32,000 nucleotides of DNA from Candidatus Saccharimonadota bacterium (GTDB taxonomy: Bacteria > Patescibacteriota > Gracilibacteria > BD1-5 > UBA2023). The notes under the pieces were generated by a model that saw only the letters and a program-made list of their open reading frames with translations, ran no database searches and was not told where the DNA came from. The DNA lies in the NCBI GenBank assembly GCA_963706795.1, contig OY970170.1, positions 1,080,001-1,112,000 on the forward strand, in the 5' to 3' direction. Below, in pieces: positions 20,579-30,692 of the stretch (positions are counted from its first letter, which is position 1; every line of letters starts with the position of its first letter). Made by a program: the position numbers and the translations under genes.

Positions 20579-21415
20579 ATGTATCCAAAGATTCTCCGTA
20601 AAAAAACGGTACAGGTACTTCTTTGAGTTACCCTTTTTGCAAGTCTCTCTGTCGGCTCTGCTTTTGCTTCTTGGCAGTCGTTTTCGACTACGATGGGAGT
20701 TGGTATCGGTCAGTCAGGCGGACCATGTAGCAATGACGGCGCACTCATCGCTCAAAATGGCGATGTCGTGACTACCAACAAATGGAATCAACTCGCATGT
20801 CAGGTTCGTGATGTTTGGTACGAGCTCTCTGATGGAATGCGCGGTGCGACATATTTTATCCGAGGTCACAACGATCCATCAGGTGTAGGTGGTAAGCCAG
20901 GATATATTGTTGATGAGATTAATCTCCCAACAGTGAGCGGTATTGCTCCAGGATATGGAGGAGCGATCAATTTTAAGAATTCTACAAAGTCATATAACGA
21001 TGCATCAGGATTTGGTGGTGGGATCCTCTACGGACTCACTAACTCTACTGCCCTCGATTTCCTTGGGTTTGCAAATGGAGTGCGCATTACGACCGGTAAT
21101 ACTGGTAGCTACAAGGCGTACACTGTCGGTTGGGAAAAGGTAAATGCACTCGATACCGCAGATTTTGATACAAGCTGTCAGTATCGTGCAACGACAGATG
21201 GTGGTTGGAAGCTTAATTTTTCGGGAGTTTCCACTCGTAAGCTTATTGCGCAGTTCAATACTTCTGACACGAATATGGATACTACTTCAACATTCTATAC
21301 GGTAGTGCTTGCGAGCAATGCTAAGAACGTGATTTCGTCTGCAGCAAACGGCAGCAGTGTGGTGACACTTCTTGAGAAGTTTTGTCTCCCGTCATATAAT
21401 TCAAACAACTACTAG
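20579..21415 (+). CDS. Secreted hypothetical protein (278 aa)
   Basis: ATG 20579 gives the signal peptide MYPKILRKKTVQVLL[TGA]VTLFASLSVGSAFA-SWQ, which the track misses because of TGA 20624. The mature part is rich in Gly, Asn, Ser and Thr. I recognise no family. Stops at TAG 21413-21415. Confidence 0.6.
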
Positions 21416-21440
21416 TCTCGTATCCTTATAATTTTTTTGT

Positions 21441-21971
21441 ATGAAGTTCATTACGAAAATTCTCCCTGTTTTGCTCTTGCCTGTGGTTCTGACTTCTTGT
21501 TTTTGGAATAGTGATACGAACAAGAACCAAAATACCAATAACGGTAACACGACGGTTCAGCCGGATGCGAGTAATACTCCAGAGGCAATCAAAGAACGCG
21601 ATCGTATTAATAGTCTCAATACACTCTCCAAAGACAATCTTGCAACACAGATCGAAGAAAAAGACGGCAAGAAAACTCTCAAAGATCGCCGTCTGTTCGT
21701 TAATTACATGCGAGCACAAAAGGTAAATAGCTCTAAAGACCTCATCGCAAAACTCACGGATATCGAATGATTTGCAAAAGACAACGGAGTAGAGCTCACA
21801 GATGCTGATATCTACGTAATGATTGCAGGATCTCAAATCGAAAATAATTCATGGAATGTCTGTGGTAACTTCGCCACTACCAAGCAGACGCTCGATAGCA
21901 AAAATAAATACTACGGATACATCTCGAAACTCTGTGTTCCACCAGAAGCCCCAAAACCAGCCAAAAAATAA
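21441..21971 (+). CDS. Putative lipoprotein (176 aa)
   Basis: MKFITKILPVLLLPVVLTSC carries the lipobox L-T-S-C, followed by a low-complexity N/T/Q linker. The frame continues through TGA 21768 to TAA 21969-21971. Confidence 0.65.
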
Positions 21972-21995
21972 TCTCACTACTAACCCTAGGGTAGT

Positions 21996-24900
21996 ATGAA
22001 AACAAATATAAAAAAACTCCTCATCGCCATCATCCTCTGAGCATTAAGTTCGCTCTTTGGATGATTTGTCGTTTCTGCTACTGCGGTTATCCCGATGTCT
22101 TCGGGCGTACGATATCAGACATATACAGTCGAATGGTGTTCGCCACATGCAAACGATGCCTCAATGGCTGGATGAGTATGGAGTGCGCCATGTAAGACTG
22201 GTTACTTCACCAATATCGGCGGCGTTGCCAAGATTGTCTACAACGGTCAGGATTTTGTAAGTGGGAATATACGAGCTCAGAACGCTCTTGCTGCATCGCT
22301 TACGCGAACGGCTAATCTCTCGAACGCATCGCCTCCAATTATTGATTTTTTTGCGTCGGTCACAAACGGTGCCTTTTCGATGGAATGAGAGGGTGTGCTC
22401 AAAATTAAGGTCTATATGACAGACTACGCAGAAAATGCGAGCTTTTATACGCTGACATACAAAATCGACAAGACTGCACCGCAACTCACCTTTGCAGGTA
22501 TTACCGAAAATACTGACTACACATTTTATGGAGGTCGTGTAAATACGAGTTTTACGGTTGATAAAAATGACTCTTCTGCCGCTCTCTCGAGTGGTGATGG
22601 ATATAGCAATCCTTCTATTGGAAGCTATGCTGGCAATACTGCCACGCCTCGCACGGGTCATCTTCGCAATAATCTCCATGCGTTTTATTTCCAGAATAAT
22701 CTCTCTGGTGATGGGGCGAATAGTCCATTTGCGGCAAATCTCAATTATAGTGACAATTATAATGGGTTCCTTACTCAGACGGCGACGATGAGCGATGGAA
22801 CGAATACGTCTCTGGTTGCAGGTGAAAAGAAATTCCAATTACTTACAGCGGATTCGCTCCCGACAGGCCTTGGTGATGTTCCAGCTGGTCCCTCTATGGC
22901 GGCTTCGACAGCCAATCTCATTGATAACAATGTAAATGGTCAGAAGGACTACCGTATTCGTCTCTATGATGATACATTTGATCAGAATGGAAATTCTGGT
23001 AATTACGCTGAAACTGCGTTTTATGCAGTGCGTGATAATACTCCACCAAATATGGGTGGAAACGGTCTTGCTCCTGATGTACAGACAGCGATTGATACTA
23101 CGCTCAAATTTCCTGATGCCGAAACAGTCTTTGATAAGACGATTGGTTCTGGATTTTCGAGATTCTTCGCTGCGAATAATGCAGCGTCGATTCTCTATTC
23201 AGTGAGTGACAAAGGAATTACTGGCAATGGAAGTATAGCGGGTACGGGATGTTCGGATTATGGACTCTGTAATGCGGGTGTAGATCCTGCAACTATGAAG
23301 ATTAATATCGAAAGTGCAGCAACTCCTGGAACTCAAGAGACATTTTATCAGCCGACTGACCGGTTTGAAAATATCGGCCAGAAGACTAAGGACTTCTCAC
23401 GTTCTGATAATGGAGCACTCGCTTCAAATGGCGGATATCGCTATTACCCAGCACAGTTTTTGAGTAATAATCTCACTGAGCTCTGCGATACAGTAGGGAA
23501 TTGTATCGCTCCGGATCTCAAATTTAGAGTTGTAGCCAATGCACTCGATGGAACTGCTTCACACCTCAGTATTGCTGCTAATAATGGTGAGACCAAGATT
23601 ATGGCGAATGGAAGCGACGCATATCGTCTCACATATGGACTTCGAGATAAATATGGAAATAAGGTTGTCCCAGTGCAGTCCGTCGAAAATGCGAGCGCTG
23701 TAATCAAAAATGTGACGACCAATGCGGTTTTTGCCAACGGTCTCAGTGCTGATCAGCGAACCAATACTCCTACTGGCGCAAAGCTTGTGAGCGTAGCTGA
23801 CAAAGAAACCGACAATACGGTATTCCAGGGGTCAAATATCAATACGACCGGCAATATCACGATGCAAGAAAAATTCACCAATCCAAATGGAAACTTTGGA
23901 ATTTCTCTTGCTTCGAAGGTTCCGTCGAATGACTTCTATCCATATCTTTCGGACGATTCGACACTCAAGGTAGCTTTGATTTGAGGAACTGCAGATGGAA
24001 ATGCTCCAGCTGGTATTACCTATCCACGTTCGAGTGCTGATCGCGTAGGGTACTTCACAAATCTCAGCTATACAGGTGGTAATACCAATCCACTCGTTGT
24101 AGCAAATAAAGGTGGACTGGGTGAGACTGGTGGATTTAGCAATATCACGGTAGATACTTCGCTTTATGGGCAATTTACCCTCAGCAATGCGTCAAATGTG
24201 TCATTCCTCGATATGGCGAATCGAAAGATAAATTTTGAATACGCTTCACCGCTCCTCTACGGTCTCGTTGGATTTAAGACGCTGATTGATGGACAATACA
24301 TGCAGCATTTCAAAAAGCTCTATACGATTGGTTCATCCGCAACGAATTACAATGTCTATGAGCGAAATCTTGTTGCGTACAATACCGACAAAGATGAGCA
24401 GCCAGGAGTTCTCAATTTTGATGTACGTGCTGCGGGATCGACAGATAACGCCCTCATTAATGAAGGTGCTGCCTATACGAACAACAATGTTATTGCATTC
24501 TTCCCAGGAGTTCAGACGGTGAAGCCGTTTGATATTGCGGGTGCATATGGCAGTGGATTCTCTGCAGAAGTACAAATGTCGGCCATCCCAGGTCATCCTG
24601 CATATGATAACTCAAAGCTTCGTACAGCCTTTGTAGCGGGACTTACTTATAACATCGGATCGGATCTCATTCTCTTGCCATCTATTGCACGTAATATCCA
24701 GGATGGATCAGGAAATGCACTCGATCAATTTGCGATGTCACGTAATTACTACTCAAACTCATATCGTATCGGAAGCACGCCAACAACCCTTAAGGCAAGT
24801 CTTATCACGGATATTGCAGTTACGGGTCTTACAAATCGATATAACTCGCTCACGACAGATGTTGGTGGTTCGAAGGCAAATTCAAATGTTTCGACCGAAC

Positions 24901-25847
24901 TCTCTCGTCCAGAACTCACTGCGAATATCAAAAAGAATGTCGCGATCCAAAGTGCAGGATTTGAGTCAGTAAATTCTCCGCTTACAGGTGTGAAAAAATG
25001 GTGTGCAGGATCTGAGATTGGGCAATCATTCATTGATGCTCCACCAAGTGAATGTACTCAGGTAATTAATGGCGAAACCATCTCATTTATTGATGGAAAT
25101 ACTTCACTCTTCTGTCCTTCTGGTGAATGTCACGTGAGTTCAAAGCGCAGTATCATCGTCCAGAACGGATATCTCCAGCTCAAATCTAATATCACTTCGC
25201 TCGACTTTGCTGGCGCTCAGACTAACGGTCAGCTCTTCCTTGCAGTTATGAATATTGGCGGACTCGCGAATCTCGCAATTGACGGTAATACTCCAGATAT
25301 TACGAATGCCGACAAGAAGGGATGGATGCTCATTGATCCAAGTATCACCAATCTTGACGCATTCCTTGTATCTCAGGGGCCAGCCGTGTCGTTTGATGGT
25401 ACAAAATTCTTTACGAAGTCGCTCACAACTGAGAATCAACTCCGCAACCAGCTCCATATCATGGGAAGTCTTCTGACGCTCAATAATATTGGAGGATCAC
25501 GCCAGGTAACTCCGGAATGTCCATATATCGTCAGCAACTGTAATGCTGAAACTGCTCAGATGTTTGACCTCGTCTATATGCGTCGTTTCGCACTGCAATC
25601 TAAAACAGTGTTTACGGGAGATCCGCTCGATATGAGCACGATGGTTCCGTATCATCCAGCAGGATTCGATGTAGCTAAGAAATCAGGTGGAACCGTTGGT
25701 GCTGAGCCAGCATCTGCAGCAAGTTGTACTTCAAATCCTACTGATCTGCGATGTATTAAGGATAACGACTACCGAGCTTATCCAATGCTCATCGAACGCG
25801 ATACACGATGGAATCAAACACCAAGTATATTTTTCCTTGTGAATTAG
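21996..25847 (+). CDS. Giant exported surface protein (about 1283 aa), adhesin-like, with an Ig-like (Big_1-type) segment
   Basis: ATG 21996 gives the N-terminal hydrophobic segment MKTNIKKLLIAIIL[TGA]ALSSLFG[TGA]FVVSATA. One frame joins track ORFs 22395-23984 and 24198-25847 through TGA 23982. The protein is Asn/Thr/Ser/Gly-rich. The segment IMANGSDAYRLTYGLRDKYGNKVVP (about 23562-23760) resembles invasin/intimin Big_1 domains. Stops at TAG 25845-25847. Confidence 0.7.
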
Positions 25848-25895
25848 TTTCTCTAAAGTCCCAGCCTCGATACACTTATTCCAAACTTGGAACCT

Positions 25896-28505
25896 ATGAA
25901 AAATCTCATACGACTCTCGATCTCATTTCTCGCTTTAGGGATGTTTGTTTCGTCAGTAAATGCTGGACTGATTCCAGGTACGATCTGAAAGGGGTCTTTT
26001 ACAGATGCTGCCTCTTGTACTGCGTCGAGCACATCGTATTCACCAGCAAATGGGAAATACTGGTGTACTAAAAATAACAGCTGTCGTGCTGCTGCCTGTG
26101 GACCTGGAATACCTGATCCTGAAGACAAGACCTATGTCGATTTCTCCGCTCAGGGGTATGGTGATATAAGTGCTCTTGCGCAGTGTAATCAACTCATTTT
26201 TGATCACTTTACGTATCAGGCGTATGCTTGTAGTAATGGTGGAGGATGTTCACTTGATGGTTTCCCGCCAGATGCAGAACATCCATCTGCTAATCCAGCA
26301 CGAGTTGGAGCTTGTGTGCCACATAATGCTTGGGTTGCAGCAAAGGGCTGAGTATGTGAAGATCCTTCATGTGGATGTGCTGAAAATACTTCTGGTACGA
26401 CAGGAACATTTAATCTGACTGACTACTCAGATGCTACCAAAAACCCTGCATTTTCGAGTGCTGGAGTAACTCGTAAGCTCACGGTGGATCTCTCACGAAC
26501 ATGTTCGACAAGCGCACGAAAAACTCAATCGATCACAGAGCCGAGCTATTCAACTTGGACATGTCCTGGGAATAATTGTTCTCCGCTCACTCAGATTATC
26601 CGTACGGGTGGTCAGGATGCGGTATGTAACGGGTATTCTGGAACTGACAACCTCATTGCGAGTTTTGACCAGATTGGAAATATGACCTCTTCCAGCCCAA
26701 CGCATAATGATGGAAACTGTACAGTAGAAGGTCGATATGCAACACCCGATGATAATGGACCAGATATTACGGTAGCGAATGATACGGTGTTTTCATCTGA
26801 CGCTGATAAGTGGTGTAGTCTCACTAAATGGTATACCGGATCAGGAAGTATTCCTTCTGGCTGCGCTTGGTACGCAGCTCGTAATAGTCATGCAGTTGCC
26901 ACTAATCCTGTAGATCTCATCGAAAATCTCGCGATTACTATTGGGGCAGATCCTTCGAGTATTGGAGCGGTGAAGGTCGAACTTGGAAAATGTGAGTATA
27001 CATACACCCTCCCACGTGATAATTCCATTCTCAAGAGCACGACAAATGCTCAGGGAACAAAGGACAGCGGAGGATTTACGATTGGATATAATGCAGGATT
27101 TACATACGGAGGAGCGTCATATCCAAGCCTTCGAACTGCTCTTGGGGCGACTGGTGCAAATGGGCTCAATATCTGTCTCGACGAATGAAAAAACTTCCTC
27201 CGCGTAACCGCTGAAGATAATGCTCGCTCGGATAATGACGGTGTTACACTCGCAGCCAACAAGACTGTCTATATCTCTGGACTCTGAAACTTTAATAATA
27301 CCACACCGAACGTCACAAACGCTGCGACGATCAATATTGATAACTCAGCTCCTGGGCTCTCGATTACGGGTGATGCGAGCAAAGTATTTGAGTCAAACAC
27401 AAGTGTTATCAGTTTCATTGGATGATCTGCTACCATTGATCAGCATTGGAAGAATTACACTGTGAATGGAGGACTCTTTTCAGGAGATCCATACCGTGGA
27501 CTCGGAGCACCAACGTGTGGTAATTTTAATGGTGCGTGATTCCAATGTGATAGTGGGCCGGTAGTGTCACTCGATACGACTTCGACTGGAGCATCTACGC
27601 CGACCGCTTCCGCAAGTCTTACTGGTAGCTTGTTCGTACTCTTTGATGAAGGCACACCTCAAGCCTCAGGCTCCTCGGCGGCAAGACTCTGGGATACGAG
27701 TGGAGATTCGCATGGACTCCTCACATATGAGGCGAGCTGTAGTGATCCGTCGACATATAAAACATTTGCATACGCAGCGGGTGCAGCCTATGGCCCGATT
27801 ACAGGTCTACCAAGTACATATAGTAATACTAAATTTCCGATCACAGCATCCGAATCAAGCTGTTCAGCGCCACCTAGTAGTGGCGCTTGTTGATCTGACA
27901 ATAATGGGACATTGTCATCTACACCTACAAATCTCTGTAGTACTGGTACTGCGAGCAATATCAGTGGCTCTTGACCCTGGAACTGGTCATGTCTAGGAAG
28001 TAACGGCTGACCAAATGCTTCCTGCTACGCAAATAAAACTCCACCTACTCCTTCATCTTCGACACCTGATCCTACCCCAATACCAACTCCCACTCCTACC
28101 CCTTCTGATCCAACTCCCACTCCGATGCCAGTTGTCGTAAATGGCGCGTGTGGTTCTGATGATGGCAAGACACTCGCAAGCACGCCTACAAATCTTTGTA
28201 ATACTGGAACATCCAATTATCTCAGTGGACTCGGTCCATGGAGCTGGCAGTGTACTGGTCAAAATGGCGGTACAAATGCGAGTTGTTATGCAAGTTCGAC
28301 AACACAGTCATCTTCGGGTGGTGGCGAATGTATTCGTTATGTTCAAACGGCCTGCTGGGTTGATGGGCGCTATTTTGATTCTGACCCAACAGGAAATCAT
28401 AACGGATATGTTATTCAGTGTGGCTTTCCAACTGGCTGAGCTGCACCATATCCAGGATGGGTCTATGAGGGCAATGGTACAATCTGTGCTGAATACACAC
28501 CTTAG
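25896..28505 (+). CDS. Cysteine-rich secreted protein (about 869 aa) with two C-terminal 50-aa Cys modules and a Pro/Thr linker
   Basis: ATG 25896 gives the signal peptide MKNLIRLSISFLALGMFVSSVNA. One frame links 25896, 26484, 27564 and 28125 through ten TGAs. Cysteines occur throughout. Stops at TAG 28503-28505. Confidence 0.7.
27882..28031 (+). repeat. Cys-module repeat copy 1 (50 codons) inside the 25896-28505 gene
   Basis: GAC[TGA]SDNNGTLSSTPTNLCSTGTASNISGS[TGA]PWNWSCLGSNG[TGA]PNASCYA aligns without gaps to copy 2, which lies 261 nt downstream. Confidence 0.85.
28032..28142 (+). repeat. Low-complexity Pro/Thr/Ser linker coding region (CCN/ACN-rich)
   Basis: It translates as NKTPPTPSSSTPDPTPIPTPTPTPSDPTPTPMPVVVN. 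It also produces the spurious antisense GVGVG ORF at 28025-28216. Confidence 0.8.
28143..28292 (+). repeat. Cys-module repeat copy 2 (50 codons)
   Basis: The sequence is GACGSDDGKTLASTPTNLCNTGTSNYLSGLGPWSWQCTGQNGGTNASCYA. GGT codons at 28152, 28233 and 28269 correspond to TGA at 27891, 27972 and 28008 in copy 1. Confidence 0.85.
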
Positions 28506-28512
28506 TTTCTCT

Positions 28513-28546
28513 AAAAAAATACGAGCAGAAATGCACGTATTTTTTA
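28513..28546 (+). terminator. Candidate intrinsic terminator after the exported-protein operon
   Basis: AAAAAAATACG-A-GCA [GAAA] TGC-A-CGTATTTTTTAT forms a stem with one A/A mismatch and a GAAA tetraloop, followed by a T-run. It begins 8 nt after TAG 28505. Confidence 0.5.
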
Positions 28547-28596
28547 TTCTTCGCAAACGATTTTTACTTTCGGACTCCTTCGCTAGAATACGCTCC

Positions 28597-29769
28597 ATGA
28601 TTTCATCACTTGCTAGCTTTCTCCTCCGTGGTCTCTCTATTTATCGATGGAGTAATTTCCCACGAGTAGAAAAACCAACCGCACTCGACCATGGAGCTTT
28701 CTCACTTCATGTATCTTTTTTAGTGGCTGATATGGTGGAAGAGAAGAGGGGAGTGAAGGATGTATTTAATCGTCTCGATCTCTTTAAGCGATCGCTCTTC
28801 TCGGTATTTTTTAGCTGTGCGTATTCGGATGTGAGTTCGGATGTAAAACAGAGTATCAAAAAAATGCGACCCGATCTCTATGCGACCCTCTGCAAAAAAA
28901 TGCATAGCTCGGTTCTCTCCTGGAATCTCCCAAAAAATGTCCATGAAGAATTCACTGAATTTGCCAATTATCTCGAATCCAAACACGAGAGAAGCCAAGA
29001 GGCAGATCTCTATTCCTACGGTAAACTCGTCTCAGCCTATTACGAAGCGCTCTTTAATGCGCGTGTCTATCCTGAGGTCTATGGAGGTCCGCTCGAGGCT
29101 ATTCTTCTCAGGCTCGCTGAGCCGAGATTTGCAGAGTTTCGTACAGTGCTCGATGTCACAAAAGATACGCCATCTGTCCGATTTTTGCTCTCTGTTCGCA
29201 GGCTTGAGTCAGCATTTCGCTGGAATCGACTCCGTCGCTCCTATCCTATATCGGTGATGTCGCATCTTTTCATCGTTGCGACGCTCTCATATCTCCTTTT
29301 CCGTATCGAAGGCAAATCTGATGCTGATGTAACGGAGGCCATCCTGAGGTCACTCTATCATGACGTACCAGAGGCTATCACCGGTGATATTGTAACGCCT
29401 ACCAAAAAGGCAGCTCCATGACTCGATGAGCTCATTGCTGAAATCGAAGCTGACTTCGTCCTCGAAAGCATGCTCATCCATCTTGAAGGACACAGTTTTG
29501 AGCCAGAGTATGCTCGTAGACTTCTCTCACCATGGGGCGATGAACTCGGTAAACTGGTTAAGCAGGCCGATCTTCTCTGTGCTTTCCTCGAGGCGCGCAT
29601 CGAAGAAATCGACAACCCTACTGGCGAACAATTTAAACGCAGTCGAGAATATGTCTCTGCCAAGATCAAGCAAGATGGCTATCGAAGCGCAAATCTTCTC
29701 CTCGCTGACTTTGATAACGGACTTCGAATATATCTCCCAGACTCGATGATGGGTCTCGGACCTGCATAA
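28597..29769 (+). CDS. HD-domain phosphohydrolase (YfbR-like 5'-nucleotidase family) with an extended N-terminus
   Basis: RWNRLRRSYPISVMSHLFIVA...LYHDVPEAITGDIVTPTKK gives the H...HD...D pattern. The frame continues through TGA 29419-29421 to TAA 29767-29769. ATG 28597 is preferred over ATG 28531, which sits in the terminator loop. Confidence 0.75.
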
Positions 29770-29771
29770 AA

Positions 29772-29809
29772 CCCTCCTTCGCTCTTACGAGTTTCGGAGG
29801 GCTTTTTTT
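29772..29809. terminator. Candidate bidirectional terminator between convergent genes
   Basis: CCCTCC (29772-29777) pairs with GGAGGG (29796-29801), with an inner CTC/GAG pairing, followed by T7 (29803-29809). On the minus strand the same hairpin is followed by TTTTAT. Confidence 0.6.
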
Positions 29810-30260
29810 AAAGTGAGAGTCTCTCAGCAAGTCGATCAGCAAAGGTGAGTTCTTTGTTTTCGGTTTCTGGTAGATAGTTTAGGAGAAATGTTCGCACTTC
29901 GCTCGAATTTACATCAGGTGTGAATGGGATTTGCACCAACTTGAGCCCCTTCTTACGTAGACTGATCTGGAGAAATTTTGGAATTTGTCCGTCGAATATG
30001 AGTCAAAAATTCTCAATCTGACCGTAGTCATAAAACATATCACCAATACCAATTCCATTCTCATTGACGATAGCTTCTGCGGTATCTGGTGCGTTGTTTT
30101 CGATCAGCAAATATACTCCTGCAAGTATAACAACTACGACCGAGAGTGCGTAGATTTGTGTCAAAAATCCCCAAATGGCGAGTGAGACAGTAGCGATACC
30201 TGCGACGAGATACCAGCCTGCTCAGTGGTCGTGTTTTGTGGCGATGATCCAGTTGAACAT
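29808..30260 (-). CDS. Small membrane protein (150 aa; two TM helices and a soluble C-terminal domain)
   Basis: ATG at 30260 overlaps the upstream stop as TAATG. The sequence is MFNWIIATKHDH[TGA]AGWYLVAGIATVSLAIWGFLTQIYALSVVVVILAGVYLLI, followed by a soluble tail. Stops at TAA 29808-29810. Two in-frame TGAs. I recognise no family. Confidence 0.55.
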
Positions 30261-30601
30261 TAGAGATTGTCGATTACAAAACGGATAATAAACCATCCAG
30301 AAACCGAGAGCACAAAGCCGGTGATACCTGCAGTGATGATCTTTTTACCGGTTTCTTTGTCATTAGAGAGTGAGCCAAGACCCATGCGGACTGCGCCGTA
30401 AATGATCATGACCACTGCTACTGTACCAGAGAGGCCGAGTATATAGTTGGTAATATTGATGATGATATTGGGAATATCATTAAATCAGACCTCTCCATTG
30501 CGGAGCTTGTCATCAGAGACACCAATCCAATTGCTTGCGGCGAAGGCCTGAGATACCCCAAGGTTCGTGATCGCAAAGAGTGAGAAAAGAAAACGCTTCA
30601 T
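30260..30601 (-). CDS. TrbC/VirB2-like type IV secretion pilin-like protein (113 aa)
   Basis: The signal peptide is MKRFLFSLFAITNLGVSQAFA. Two hydrophobic helices (IINITNYILGLSGTVAVVMIIYGAV and IITAGITGFVLSVSGWFIIRFVI) are separated by a short polar loop (RMGLGSLSNDKETGKK). This architecture matches VirB2/TrbC and the T4SS-pilin family common in CPR genomes. Confidence 0.5.
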
Positions 30602-30607
30602 GGAGGC

Positions 30608-30635
30608 ATTATAGAGACATTACGTACTTTCCCAA
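30608..30635 (-). promoter_or_regulatory. Candidate promoter (TTGGGA, 16-nt spacer, TATAAT) predicting a leaderless pilin mRNA
   Basis: On the minus strand TTGGGA is at 30635-30630 and TATAAT at 30613-30608. Only 6 nt (GCCTCC) separate the -10 box from ATG 30601. Confidence 0.45.
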
Positions 30636-30641
30636 GTCTTC

Positions 30642-30669
30642 TTGGAAAAAGTTGTGAGTTGTCTATAAT
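30642..30669 (+). promoter_or_regulatory. Candidate promoter for pheT (TTGGAA, 16-nt spacer, TATAAT)
   Basis: TTGGAA is at 30642-30647 and TATAAT at 30664-30669, 23 nt upstream of ATG 30693. The leader has no Shine-Dalgarno-like motif. Confidence 0.45.
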
Positions 30670-30692
30670 ACGCCAAAACTTCACTACATTTT

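Noticed and set aside
22161-22838. A 225-aa minus-strand ORF rich in Arg, Ile and Cys
   Set aside because: It is antisense to the 5' part of the 1283-aa exported-protein gene. The plus-strand frame is continuous for 3.85 kb, while this one has an implausible composition.
28025-28216. A minus-strand ORF encoding GVGVGVG repeats
   Set aside because: It is the antisense reading of the Pro/Thr linker (CCN/ACN repeats) in the cysteine-rich gene, an artefact of low-complexity DNA.
28141-28596. The 5' third of the 426-aa track ORF 28141-29421
   Set aside because: This part overlaps the cysteine-rich gene out of frame and crosses its terminator hairpin. Only the portion from ATG 28597 onward (the HD protein) is credible, and it extends past TGA 29419 to 29769.
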